A DNA stretch of 64,000 bases from NCBI GenBank assembly GCA_964433085.1, contig CAYSQB010000002.1, positions 981 to 64,980 on the forward strand, given 5' to 3'. Under the pieces are notes generated by a model. That model had not been told where the DNA came from. It was given only the letters and a program-made list of their open reading frames with translations, and ran no database searches. Shown here piece after piece: positions 19,331 to 29,402 of this stretch. The position numbers and the translations under genes are program-made. Every line of letters starts with the position of its first letter. Positions within the stretch are counted from its first letter, which is position 1. Origin of the DNA: an uncultured bacterium (lineage in GTDB: Bacteria; Fidelibacterota; Marinisomatia; Marinisomatales; AB-629-J13).

Positions 19331-20875
19331 TTAAAAGCCGGCAAATCCTCCAATCTGCGTCACCTGATAAATTAAATGATCAATTGTACTGGAAATTATA
19401 TCCAGAAAAGGTCTAGGATATACACCCAAAAGAAGGGTCACCACTGCCAGGGGGACAACTGTAAGTAACTCACGAGTATTAATTTCGGAGATATCCTTAT
19501 ATTTTTCATTTAGTTCCCCAAAAAAGATTCGTTTGTAGGCCGAAAGAAAATAAGCGGCATTCAATAATATACCTAGAGTGGAAATAATGACAATCGCTTT
19601 AAACACTGGAAATGCTCCGATAAAACACATAAATTCACTGACAAAACCGGAAAATCCCGGCAGCCCCAATCCAGCAAAAAAGGCAATCATACACATTCCT
19701 GCATATAGAGGCATTTGTTTAGCCAGTCCACCAAATCCATCAATATCCCGATGGTGAGCTCTGTCATAAACCACTCCGACTAAAATAAACAACATGGCAG
19801 AAATTGTTCCATGATTGAACATCTGGAACACAGCACCACTCAATCCCGCCTGTGCTGCTGCCTGATTTCCACCGTACATGGTTCCGGCAGCGATAACAGC
19901 TGCCATACCCAGCATGGCATAGCCCATATGATTAATGCTTGAATATGCCACCAGCTTTTTCAGATCAGTTTGAGCCAAGGCACACATGGCTCCCCAAATC
20001 ACGTTGATCAATCCCAGGAGCGCTAAAGCTCCGGAAAACCAGAATACTGCATCAGGAAGCATGGGATAGTTGATCCGTAACAACCCATACACACCCAATT
20101 TTAAAAGGACACCAGCTAGAATCACTGATATGGCTGTAGGTGCTTCCACATGGGCAAGCGGGAGCCAGGTGTGAAACGGAAATACAGGTACTTTTATGGC
20201 AAATCCAATAAAAAGCAAAATCCATATGATTTTGATTGCGCTAAATCCCCACCATAAGACTCCATCTAAATCTGTCTGAGCTGTTTCCATAAGAGTGGGA
20301 ATATCAAAAGTTTTACCACAATTTAAATATAGTGCAATAACTGCGATGAGCATTAACACTGAACCAACCAAAGTGTATAAAAAGAATTTAATAGCAGCAT
20401 ATTCTCTCTGTGGACCTCCCCACATCCCTATAAGGAAGTACATGGGCAAAAGCATAACTTCCCAAAAGACATAAAACAGGAAAAAGTCCAAGGCTAAAAA
20501 AACCCCTATCATACCTGTATTCAAAAGAAGAAATAAAGCAAAATATCCTTTCACAGCTCGGTCAATATTCCAACTAACAAAAACAGCAAGAAAACAGAGT
20601 AAGGGTGTCAGAATCACCATAGGAAGACTTAACCCATCTACTCCCAGTGAATAGAATATATTAACTGAGGGAATCCACTCTCCTCTCTCAACAAACTGAA
20701 ACGTACCCACACCTGAATCAAAATTTGACCACAACAACATAGCTAACAGGAGCTGAATTCCTGTTGCTCCTGCAGAAGTCAATTTGATGAGGGTTTCTTT
20801 CTCCCGTGGAATGAAAAGAATTACCGCAATCCCAATTACAGGAAGCCAGATTATCCAACTTAAAATGTGTTCCAT
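19331..20875 (-). CDS. nuoM: NADH-quinone oxidoreductase subunit M
   Basis: 514 aa, ND4-like, with the HTWLPLAHVEAPT motif. Confidence 0.92.
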   Translation of the reverse strand: MEHILSWIIWLPVIGIAVILFIPREKETLIKLTSAGATGIQLLLAMLLWSNFDSGVGTFQFVERGEWIPSVNIFYSLGVDGLSLPMVILTPLLCFLAVFVSWNIDRAVKGYFALFLLLNTGMIGVFLALDFFLFYVFWEVMLLPMYFLIGMWGGPQREYAAIKFFLYTLVGSVLMLIAVIALYLNCGKTFDIPTLMETAQTDLDGVLWWGFSAIKIIWILLFIGFAIKVPVFPFHTWLPLAHVEAPTAISVILAGVLLKLGVYGLLRINYPMLPDAVFWFSGALALLGLINVIWGAMCALAQTDLKKLVAYSSINHMGYAMLGMAAVIAAGTMYGGNQAAAQAGLSGAVFQMFNHGTISAMLFILVGVVYDRAHHRDIDGFGGLAKQMPLYAGMCMIAFFAGLGLPGFSGFVSEFMCFIGAFPVFKAIVIISTLGILLNAAYFLSAYKRIFFGELNEKYKDISEINTRELLTVVPLAVVTLLLGVYPRPFLDIISSTIDHLIYQVTQIGGFAGF

Positions 20876-20926
20876 TATTTTTCCACCTTATTTAAAACTC
20901 GATAATTATACATTTAGCATCTACTT

Positions 20927-22972
20927 TCAAATCACCTGAATGACCATAATAACGATCACTCCCATCAAGGCAAAGAGCATGTAGGTTTGTAATTTTCCTG
21001 TTTGGATAGATCGAAGAATTTTTCCCGCTCGCTGAGTGTTTCTACCAAAACTATCCACTACTCCCTGATCAATACCTTCATAGTCAATCCGTCCGCTAAT
21101 CCGTGCCAAAAAATCTGTTGCTCTGCCAAAACCGTTAATAAAATATTTATCATAAATCTCCCAATCAAAAAATGCGATTTTCTCCGCCAGTTTTAAAACT
21201 GGAGAATAGAGATAGCGGGAATAAATCTCATCAATATAAAATTTATTGTATGACAGAAGATAGGGTGTTTTAAATTTTTCTGATAAAAGTTTTGGATCAA
21301 TACCTTTCTTTAAATACATCTGCCAAGCGAGATAAATACCCGTTGCAGCGACCAGTAAAGAAAGAACCATTGCTGAGATGTGGCTGTGGTGAATGCCTTC
21401 AGCAATCTCATGAGCGGAAAGTGCTCCTGCAACCAAAGAATCCTGAGCACGGATGATATCCATAAACCAACCATGATCTGAAAAGGGATTAAAATACGGG
21501 AGTGTAAAAAAGATAAAAAAACTTAATCCACTGAGTACAACTAACGGAGTTGTCATTTCCCATGGAGATTCATGAATATCATCAATTAAATCCGGTCGCT
21601 GAGGTTCATTGTGAAACGTGAGAAATATCAAACGAAACATGTAAAACGCTGTAATGAGAGCAGCACCGAACCCAAAAATTGGCAATAAAAAATGAACAGG
21701 GTGGTGAGTTGCAAATGATAATGTCCCTGCTAGAATCGCATCTTTGGACAAGAATCCAGAGAAGAAGGGAACACCAGAGATCGCTAAAGTTCCAATTAAC
21801 ATTGCCCTGTATGTAATAGGCATTTTTGATTTCAATCCACCCATATTGCGCATATCCTGTGGGTCTGTTGAGTGATCATGCTTTTTGTGAAGTGCATGAT
21901 GCATTGCATGGATGACACTACCTGATCCATAAAATAAATTTGCCTTAAATGCTGCATGAGTTACTAAATGAAAAAATGCCGCTATGTACGCTCCCGTTCC
22001 CACTGACATAATCATATATCCTAGCTGGCTGACGGTTGAATAGGCCAGAACCTTTTTAATATCATTTTGAGTGATGGCTATTAAAGATGCGAAAAGTGCG
22101 GTGATACCACCAATATATGCTACAAAAACTAATGCATCAGGTGACATAATAGGAAAAAGACGTACCATCATAAATACACCTGCGGCAACCATAGTGGCTG
22201 CATGCATGAGAGCTGAAACAGGGGTTGGGCCTTCCATGGCATCCGGAAGCCATATGTGAAGAGGCACCTGGGAAGATTTTCCCATGGCACCCATAAACAG
22301 CCCAATGCCCGCACAGGTGAGAAGCATTCCCGTCAAGTCACCATTCGCAACACCACTGAATACGGTACCATAGCTCACGGAACCAATAGTCATAAATATG
22401 ATCATGATACCAATAAAAAATCCAATATCTCCGACACGATTGGTGAGAAATGCCTTGTTGGCCGCAGATGCTGCAGAGTCCTTTTCAAACCAGAATCCAA
22501 TCAGTAAAAAGGAACTCAAACCTACCAACTCCCAACTCATATAAAGAAGCATAAGATTATTTGCCAAAACAATTCCATTCATACTGAAGGTAAAAAGAGA
22601 TAGGAAGGCATAATATCTAGAATAACGTGGATCTCCTTTCATATATTTAATTGAGAAAAGGTGACTCATGGTGGAAACCAACGCCACAACTAAAAGCATA
22701 GTGATGGTGATATTATCTATCAAAAATCCCAGGTCAATATTAAAAGCACCTAAATGAATCCACTCCCAGAATACCTCTACTTTAAAAGTTGGATTATAGT
22801 CCAATAGCATACCGGTAAACATAGCAATACTGAGAACCAGAGAAATTCCTACAGCCAAAATGGATACCCAGTCCCCCTGACGAGGGAGCCGTTTCCCGAT
22901 AAAAATATTAATCACAAAGGCAACCAACGGTAAAAAATAAATTAGCAGAGCAAATTGAACAAAGATATTCAT
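20927..22972 (-). CDS. nuoL: NADH-quinone oxidoreductase subunit L
   Basis: 681 aa, ND5-like, with HIWLPDAMEGPTPVSALMHAATMV and a long C-terminal extension with a terminal TM (lateral helix). Confidence 0.93.
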   Translation of the reverse strand: MNIFVQFALLIYFLPLVAFVINIFIGKRLPRQGDWVSILAVGISLVLSIAMFTGMLLDYNPTFKVEVFWEWIHLGAFNIDLGFLIDNITITMLLVVALVSTMSHLFSIKYMKGDPRYSRYYAFLSLFTFSMNGIVLANNLMLLYMSWELVGLSSFLLIGFWFEKDSAASAANKAFLTNRVGDIGFFIGIMIIFMTIGSVSYGTVFSGVANGDLTGMLLTCAGIGLFMGAMGKSSQVPLHIWLPDAMEGPTPVSALMHAATMVAAGVFMMVRLFPIMSPDALVFVAYIGGITALFASLIAITQNDIKKVLAYSTVSQLGYMIMSVGTGAYIAAFFHLVTHAAFKANLFYGSGSVIHAMHHALHKKHDHSTDPQDMRNMGGLKSKMPITYRAMLIGTLAISGVPFFSGFLSKDAILAGTLSFATHHPVHFLLPIFGFGAALITAFYMFRLIFLTFHNEPQRPDLIDDIHESPWEMTTPLVVLSGLSFFIFFTLPYFNPFSDHGWFMDIIRAQDSLVAGALSAHEIAEGIHHSHISAMVLSLLVAATGIYLAWQMYLKKGIDPKLLSEKFKTPYLLSYNKFYIDEIYSRYLYSPVLKLAEKIAFFDWEIYDKYFINGFGRATDFLARISGRIDYEGIDQGVVDSFGRNTQRAGKILRSIQTGKLQTYMLFALMGVIVIMVIQVI

Positions 22973-23274
22973 CGTTTCAAATGACTCACCTCATCCACAT
23001 TAATGGATGAATAGTTGTTAAATATATTGATGATAATAGCAAGAGCGACGGCAGCTTCTGCGGCGGCCATAACAATAACAAATAAAGCAAAAATCTGTCC
23101 AGAATAATTCATCCCTCCGAATCGGGCAAAAGCAACCAAATTAATGTTAGCAGCATTTAACATAAGTTCTACTCCCATGAGAACTGCCACTCCGTTTCGA
23201 CGGGTGATAACCGCCATTAATCCCAAGGAAAAAAGGACAGATGCAATGAGTAAATAATTTTGTAATTGATCCAT
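22969..23274 (-). CDS. nuoK: NADH-quinone oxidoreductase subunit K
   Basis: 101 aa, 3 TM, with GVELMLNAANINLVAF. Confidence 0.92.
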   Translation of the reverse strand: MDQLQNYLLIASVLFSLGLMAVITRRNGVAVLMGVELMLNAANINLVAFARFGGMNYSGQIFALFVIVMAAAEAAVALAIIINIFNNYSSINVDEVSHLKR

Positions 23275-23762
23275 TATTTCTCTGATCTGGATAAGGTTGC
23301 CGCTCCTATCAGAGCACCTAATAAAAGAATGGATGCTACTTCAAAAGGCATAAGATAATCTGTTAAAATTAATCTACCGATTGTGGCAACAGTTTGCTCT
23401 GGTTCCAAAGCTTGTTTTTGTAGCCAAGGTGTTTTTACAATCATCCATCCAAGAAATCCCATTAAAATAACAACTATTATTCCGCCATATCCTTGTTGGA
23501 TATTTGAATGGGAAATATGCACTGTTGTGATGCGATTAGTTAGCATGATTCCAAATATAATCAAAATCAGAATACCACCTATATAAACCACGACCTGTAC
23601 AGCTGCCAGAAAATCTGCCCAGAGAAAAATATAAAGACCTGCCACTCCAAATAAGGTGAACAAAAGTGCGATAGCTGAATTCAACAATTTCTTACTGTAC
23701 ACTACCATGACAGCAGAAACAACTGTCAATCCTGCTATAAACCAAAAAGTGATTTCAGCCAC
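23274..23762 (-). CDS. nuoJ: NADH-quinone oxidoreductase subunit J
   Basis: 162-aa ND6-like membrane protein. Operon position matches. Confidence 0.88.
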   Translation of the reverse strand: MAEITFWFIAGLTVVSAVMVVYSKKLLNSAIALLFTLFGVAGLYIFLWADFLAAVQVVVYIGGILILIIFGIMLTNRITTVHISHSNIQQGYGGIIVVILMGFLGWMIVKTPWLQKQALEPEQTVATIGRLILTDYLMPFEVASILLLGALIGAATLSRSEK

Positions 23763-24346
23763 TATTTGTCACTCCGTTTTGTTTTTTCATTGACAACTTG
23801 TTCCATCTGTTCATCTGATACATCTTTTGCAAACTGATAGATCATATCACCCCGATCGTATTGGGAAAACTCATAATCAATGGGATGTTTATGAGAATTT
23901 GGACCGCCGGTCATATAAATACATTCTTCTGGGCAGGGATAGGTACATAAATTACAGTAACAGCATTCAGTCATATCAATATCAAACCGCTGCACTAATA
24001 GCGCTTTTTTGGTACCTTTTGAGGTTTTTCCTGTATGTTTTATATCGGGAATATCTGTTGCTTTCTCAACCTTTACCGTTTCAATTTTTATACAATCCAC
24101 TGGGCAAACCCTTTCACATTTCAGACACCCGATGCAGTCATCGATATCCACATGGAGGCGGGACCGAATCACATTATAATCCTTCTGTTCAAACCCTATA
24201 TTTCTGTCAGGTCTCGGCCAGCGCTCTTCAGGATACTGTAAGGTTACATTATCCCTGCGAATATTCCACATGTGACTCCATGTGATTCCCAAACCAGTTA
24301 AAATAGTAGTAATTGAATCCCAAATATTTCCAAAATATTTTATCAT
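23762..24346 (-). CDS. nuoI: NADH-quinone oxidoreductase subunit I (2x[4Fe-4S])
   Basis: Two ferredoxin motifs, CIGCLKCERVCP and CCYCNLCTYPCP. Start set at the ATG giving MIKYFGNIW, 2 nt after the nuoH stop. The track start at 24424 lies inside nuoH. Confidence 0.9.
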   Translation of the reverse strand: MIKYFGNIWDSITTILTGLGITWSHMWNIRRDNVTLQYPEERWPRPDRNIGFEQKDYNVIRSRLHVDIDDCIGCLKCERVCPVDCIKIETVKVEKATDIPDIKHTGKTSKGTKKALLVQRFDIDMTECCYCNLCTYPCPEECIYMTGGPNSHKHPIDYEFSQYDRGDMIYQFAKDVSDEQMEQVVNEKTKRSDK

Positions 24347-24348
24347 CT

Positions 24349-25425
24349 TTATCCTACTATCAATTTCCAGATCCCAACACCAAAAATATTCACAAATGAA
24401 ATTGGAATGAATACCTTCCAGCACACACGCATTAGCTGGTCAACTCTCAAACGGGGCAAGGTCCACCGAAACCACATCATGACAAAAATAAGGAGAGCTG
24501 CCTTGCTCATAAACCAGAACAAACCCCATCCTGCAGTGTCGAACCAACCAGGTATGGGGCTTTGCCACCCACCTAGAAAAGCAGCAGCAGCAACCCCGCT
24601 AACGACAAACATGTTGGCATACTCACTTAAAAAGAAAAAAGCATATCTCATACCTGAATATTCCGTAAAGGCTCCGGCGACCAATTCTGATTCCGCTTCA
24701 GGGATATCAAATGGAGTACGATTGCATTCAGCCAAACCACTAATAAAAAAAATTATAAATGCACAGGCTGCAAATGGATTATTGAAAATAAACCAGTTAG
24801 GTAATATTCCCCAAATATGTCCACCTTGCATTTCAATCATCCCATTCATACTCATAGTTCCTGCCATCATTATTGCAGCAATGATAGACATAGCAGCAGG
24901 AATCTCATAGCTTACAATTTGAGCTGCCGATCGCATTGCACCGTACAGTGACCATTTATTATTGGATGACCACCCTGCAATGAGCAATCCGATTACCCCA
25001 AGTGACCCTACAGCTAAAATATAGAGGACTCCAATATTCAAATCTACTACAACAAGTTTCTGGTTATATGGTAATGCAGCCAGTGCAGTGAATGCTCCTA
25101 TAAATACAATAAATGGTGCCATAATAAATAATTTTCTATCAGCTGCTGCTGGAATAATATCTTCTTTCAACAACAGTTTCAAGGCATCAGCGACCGGCTG
25201 AAGTATCCCCCATTTTCCTGCATGGAGCCCCACTCCCTGTCCCATGGGACCTACCTTATCTTGCATAAATGATGATACCTTTAGTTCTGCATAGATAGCC
25301 ACTATTGCATAAACCGCCATAAATATAAAAACAGGTACAGCAGAAATAAGAGCAGCCATTATAAAAAACAGAGCTGGGAAATCTCCTAACGTAGAAAACC
25401 AATTGATTAATTGGTCAACGGTCAA
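24349..25425 (-). CDS. nuoH: NADH-quinone oxidoreductase subunit H
   Basis: 358 aa, ND1-like, with DRKLFIMAP, EYSGMRYAFFFLSEY and PRLRVDQLM. Confidence 0.93.
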   Translation of the reverse strand: MTVDQLINWFSTLGDFPALFFIMAALISAVPVFIFMAVYAIVAIYAELKVSSFMQDKVGPMGQGVGLHAGKWGILQPVADALKLLLKEDIIPAAADRKLFIMAPFIVFIGAFTALAALPYNQKLVVVDLNIGVLYILAVGSLGVIGLLIAGWSSNNKWSLYGAMRSAAQIVSYEIPAAMSIIAAIMMAGTMSMNGMIEMQGGHIWGILPNWFIFNNPFAACAFIIFFISGLAECNRTPFDIPEAESELVAGAFTEYSGMRYAFFFLSEYANMFVVSGVAAAAFLGGWQSPIPGWFDTAGWGLFWFMSKAALLIFVMMWFRWTLPRLRVDQLMRVCWKVFIPISFVNIFGVGIWKLIVG

Positions 25426-26543
25426 CGATCAATTTCTCCCAATACAATATCTAGACTTCCCAAAATAGCAATAATATCTGACAGCATCCACCCCTGAGAG
25501 AGTTCTCCCAAAACACTCAGTGCAGTAAAAGCCGGAGAGCGCATTTTCAATCTAAAGGGAATCGGGGAACCATCACTGACAATATAATATCCTAGATCTC
25601 CTCTGGGGCTTTCCGTACGGCTGTATACAGAACCCTTGGGAGGACGAATTTTTTTTGGTAGCATAGAGTGCACATCACCATTACTGGGAATCTGCTTTAA
25701 AGCCTGTCTGAGAATTTTGCAGGACTCCTCGATTTCTTTCATTCGTACCCAATATCGATCCCAACAGTCCCCAACTGAACCCAATTGTCCTTCACCCAGC
25801 GGAATGTCAAAATCAAATTTATCATACACTGAATAAGGTTCATCCCTGCGAACATCCCACTTAACTCCCGATGCCCTCAAATTTGGACCTGAAACACCAT
25901 AACTTATTGCAACTTCTGGTGGTAGAACACCGATGTCTGCTGTCCGTTCTATAAAAATTTTATTATAAGTGAGAAGATCGTTGTACTCCTGAACCTTAGG
26001 TTCAAAGTAATCTAAGAATTCATGTACAGCATCATCAAAACCAACCGTAAGATCATGGGATACGCCGCCCACCCACATATAATTGTATAATAGTCTTGCT
26101 CCACAGGTCAATTCAAACATATCTAAAATCCGCTCTCGATCACGGAACATATATAAAAATGGAGTAAAAGCTCCAATATCCAATCCATAAACACCTAGCG
26201 CTAGCAAATGGCTGGCGATTCGGTTCAATTCTGCCATGATGACCCGGATATATTCCACCCGCTGGGGGACTTTTATATCCATTAGTTCTTCCACTGCTAC
26301 CACATAACCAAAATTCATATTCATAGCTGCTAGATAATCACAGCGGTCTGTAAATGGAATAACCTGATCGTAAGTGAGGTTTTCTGCATGTTTTTCAAAA
26401 CAGCGATGTAAATAACCAATAACGGGATACACATCTGAAACAATTTCTCCGTCCGTTCTTACTTTGAGGCGTAATACCCCGTGAGTGCTGGGATGCTGCG
26501 GCCCCATATTCACCACCATGTGCTCGGTTTTCATTATTCCCAT
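25422..26543 (-). CDS. nuoD: NADH-quinone oxidoreductase subunit D
   Basis: 373 aa with NMGPQHPSTHGVLRL and a C-terminal DIVLGEIDR. Confidence 0.95.
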   Translation of the reverse strand: MGIMKTEHMVVNMGPQHPSTHGVLRLKVRTDGEIVSDVYPVIGYLHRCFEKHAENLTYDQVIPFTDRCDYLAAMNMNFGYVVAVEELMDIKVPQRVEYIRVIMAELNRIASHLLALGVYGLDIGAFTPFLYMFRDRERILDMFELTCGARLLYNYMWVGGVSHDLTVGFDDAVHEFLDYFEPKVQEYNDLLTYNKIFIERTADIGVLPPEVAISYGVSGPNLRASGVKWDVRRDEPYSVYDKFDFDIPLGEGQLGSVGDCWDRYWVRMKEIEESCKILRQALKQIPSNGDVHSMLPKKIRPPKGSVYSRTESPRGDLGYYIVSDGSPIPFRLKMRSPAFTALSVLGELSQGWMLSDIIAILGSLDIVLGEIDR

Positions 26544-27028
26544 CCCTCTTTGATCTTTGGAACAACTATTCCGTGATAGGTTTCCTGTACTTTATAGTCT
26601 TTTCTAAGGGGCCAGCCCTCCCAATCATCTGGACATAGGATTCGAGTCATATTTCGGTGACCTTCAAATACAATTCCATACATATCGTATGCTTCACGTT
26701 CAAACCAGTCAGCCATTCTCCAAACCTGTTCAACGGATGGGATTATGGGATTGGCCCTATCTGCGGATATTCGTATTTCCACTCTATGACGGTGTTTCAT
26801 AGAATGTAGACTGTATCGAACTTCCAGTGATTCATCTACTCCAAGGTCAATACCAGTGAGACACTCCAACTGATCAAAGAAAAAATTACCATCAGACTGG
26901 AGAAAGGTAGCAATTTTATTCCAGTTTTTCGAATCTAGGTAAAGAAAATTCTCTTCCCCATCGGGACTGTCCAAAATTGCCTCGCTGAATTTTTCAGCAA
27001 GAGTTGATTTTATTTCATCAAACGTCAT
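26534..27028 (-). CDS. nuoC: NADH-quinone oxidoreductase subunit C
   Basis: 164 aa with [17 protein letters not shown], typical of the 30-kDa subunit. Confidence 0.92.
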   Translation of the reverse strand: MTFDEIKSTLAEKFSEAILDSPDGEENFLYLDSKNWNKIATFLQSDGNFFFDQLECLTGIDLGVDESLEVRYSLHSMKHRHRVEIRISADRANPIIPSVEQVWRMADWFEREAYDMYGIVFEGHRNMTRILCPDDWEGWPLRKDYKVQETYHGIVVPKIKEGWE

Positions 27029-27516
27029 GCAGAAATACGGGTCAAAGGACGTTCAGCTTGAATTTTTTCCTGAAGCCTTAAAAGCCCCTCAATCAATGCT
27101 TCTGGCCGAGGAGGACATCCCGGTACATACACATCCACAGGGACAACCAAATCCACACCCTTCAGTACATGATATCCATGCTGCCAGTATGGACCGCCAC
27201 TGGTGGCGCAACTGCCCATGGAAATTACATATTTGGGGTCCGCCATTTGTTCGTATAGTTTTTTAACCCGAGTCGCCATTTTAATGGTCACCGTTCCTGC
27301 TACAATCATCACATCCGCTTGCCGGGGGGATGACCTGGGAATCATACCGATCCGCATGAGATCATGACGGCTGGCTGCCGATGCCATCATTTCAATGGCA
27401 CAACACGCTAACCCAAATTGAAAAAACCATGGAGATGTGGATCGAGCCCATCCCAAGAGTTTATCCAGTGATTCAACAATTATATTATCTTTGAATTTAT
27501 TTTCCAGTATACCCAT
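27025..27516 (-). CDS. nuoB: NADH-quinone oxidoreductase subunit B
   Basis: 163 aa with [17 protein letters not shown] and PGCPPRPE, the N2 cluster ligands. Confidence 0.95.
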   Translation of the reverse strand: MGILENKFKDNIIVESLDKLLGWARSTSPWFFQFGLACCAIEMMASAASRHDLMRIGMIPRSSPRQADVMIVAGTVTIKMATRVKKLYEQMADPKYVISMGSCATSGGPYWQHGYHVLKGVDLVVPVDVYVPGCPPRPEALIEGLLRLQEKIQAERPLTRISA

Positions 27517-27539
27517 TATTTCTGTTTTCCTTAAAAAAG

Positions 27540-27938
27540 TTATCCATTTTTGTATCGACCACCGGCATATTTAGGTTTTGCCTTTACCCAATCCAGATCA
27601 CCTTTTTTCCACACATAGGCAAGCCCGATAATCAAGATAAAGAGAAATATTGCCATTTCGATAAATGCCAGTAAGCCCATCTCCGTATACACCACCGCCC
27701 ATGGGAATAAAAAAATAACTTCCACATCAAAAATAAGGAAAATAAGAGCAATAACATAAAATCGAATATTGAACTGCAGCCACGCTGAACCTTCCGGTTC
27801 TTCGCCGCATTCATAGGTTGTTAATTTCTCTTGGGTGGGATTATGAGGCGCCACCAATTTTTGAATGAGCAGCGGTACATAAACCAAAACAATCCCTAAG
27901 AGAATAAAAACAAGAACGGTCCCAAAATCACGGTACAT
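27540..27938 (-). CDS. nuoA: NADH-quinone oxidoreductase subunit A
   Basis: 132 aa, 3 TM, with YECGEEP and [15 protein letters not shown]. Confidence 0.92.
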   Translation of the reverse strand: MYRDFGTVLVFILLGIVLVYVPLLIQKLVAPHNPTQEKLTTYECGEEPEGSAWLQFNIRFYVIALIFLIFDVEVIFLFPWAVVYTEMGLLAFIEMAIFLFILIIGLAYVWKKGDLDWVKAKPKYAGGRYKNG

Positions 27939-28065
27939 ATAAATATATAGAATACATTAAGTGTTTAATTTACCTTTCTTCGTTTTTCTAAGGCAAGATA
28001 AATGGGTTAATTTCTATTCATTATTATTGAAGTAAACAAAGTATGAACTCTAAATTCTTTCAATT

Positions 28066-28968
28066 ATGAAGTTGTTTAATTCCTTGCTCACGGCTACCGT
28101 TCCTTTTTTACCTAAGTGGATGGTTCGTCCTTTTGCACTACCCTATGTGGCCGGTGAAACAATAGATGAGGCATTGGAAACAGCTGAATCCGTAATCAGA
28201 CAGGGATTTTCAGTGACCATGGATATCCTTGGGGAACACACACCGGATATAAATTTTTCACATAAAATCACCGATGACTATTGCTCTTTATACAACCTTA
28301 TAACACAGAAAAATTTAGATTGTACAATTTCCCTTAAGCTTACACATTTAGGTTTGGATATCAGCAAAGAGTTGGCTGTGGATAATTTGAATAAAATTAT
28401 TGAATCTGCCAGAGCTGGAAACCTAGGGCTCACCATTGACATGGAAAATTCTTTCTATACAAGCCAGACCCTTAATATGTATAAAACAGCACTTAAATTT
28501 TATGAAAATATAGGAACGGTTCTCCAGGCTTATCTCCATCGAAGTATGGATGATTTGAAACAAATTATGTCTCCAAAACTTCGATTGCGAATCTGCAAGG
28601 GGATTTATCTTGAAGATGAGAAGATTGCATTCCAAAATGGAAAGCAAATAAACCAAAATTATATCGCCATGTGCCAAACGTTATTGGAAGGTGATGGATT
28701 TGCAGAAGTAGCCACACATGACACAGAACTCATTCATCATTTGGACCAATGGATCTCAGAAAATCATATTCCGATGGATAGGTTCGAATTCCAGGTTTTG
28801 CATGGCGTCCCCATGGGCAATACGTTGGAAAAACTGAAAGACAAAGGCTATAGAGTAAGGGTTTACATTCCCTTTGGGGATAAGTGGTATGAATATTCCA
28901 TACGCAGATTGAAAGAAAATCCTAATATTGCTGGTTATGTATTAAAAAATATGTTTAAAAGAAAGTGA
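28066..28968 (+). CDS. Proline dehydrogenase (monofunctional PutA-like)
   Basis: 300 aa with ISLKLTHLGLD, LQAYLHRS, RICKGIY and FQVLHGV, the PRODH TIM-barrel pattern. Confidence 0.8.
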   Translation: MKLFNSLLTATVPFLPKWMVRPFALPYVAGETIDEALETAESVIRQGFSVTMDILGEHTPDINFSHKITDDYCSLYNLITQKNLDCTISLKLTHLGLDISKELAVDNLNKIIESARAGNLGLTIDMENSFYTSQTLNMYKTALKFYENIGTVLQAYLHRSMDDLKQIMSPKLRLRICKGIYLEDEKIAFQNGKQINQNYIAMCQTLLEGDGFAEVATHDTELIHHLDQWISENHIPMDRFEFQVLHGVPMGNTLEKLKDKGYRVRVYIPFGDKWYEYSIRRLKENPNIAGYVLKNMFKRK

Positions 28969-29363
28969 CCAAACCTGAAGATATTCAAAAAATATTTAAA
29001 TTGAACACCATCGCCGTGGTGGGCATGAGCCCCAAACCGGAGCGTCCCAGCCATTACGTTGCCATGTACATGAAAGAAAAAGGATATACTATTTATCCAG
29101 TAAACCCGGGACACAGGGAAATTGCCGGATTGAAATGTTACTCAAACCTGTTGGAAATTCCTTTTGATGTGGATATTGTTAACGTCTTTCGCCGCCCGGA
29201 GTATGTACTTCCTATTGCAAAATCAACTATTAAAATTAGTGCTAAGGTCCTGTGGCTTCAGGATGGTGTAATCAATGAAGAGGCGGCTCAACTGGTTGAA
29301 GAAGCAGGGTTGATGGTTGTGATGAATGACTGTGTGTTAAGACAACACCAAAATTTATTTTAA
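28965..29363 (+). CDS. CoA-binding domain protein (YccU-like)
   Basis: 132 aa with IAVVGMSPKPERPS, YPVNP and VWLQ. The GTG start overlaps the PRODH stop (GTGA). Confidence 0.75.
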   Translation: MTKPEDIQKIFKLNTIAVVGMSPKPERPSHYVAMYMKEKGYTIYPVNPGHREIAGLKCYSNLLEIPFDVDIVNVFRRPEYVLPIAKSTIKISAKVLWLQDGVINEEAAQLVEEAGLMVVMNDCVLRQHQNLF

Positions 29364-29402
29364 ATTTATACCCCACCACCACTTCACAAAATGGGTTATC
29401 CG

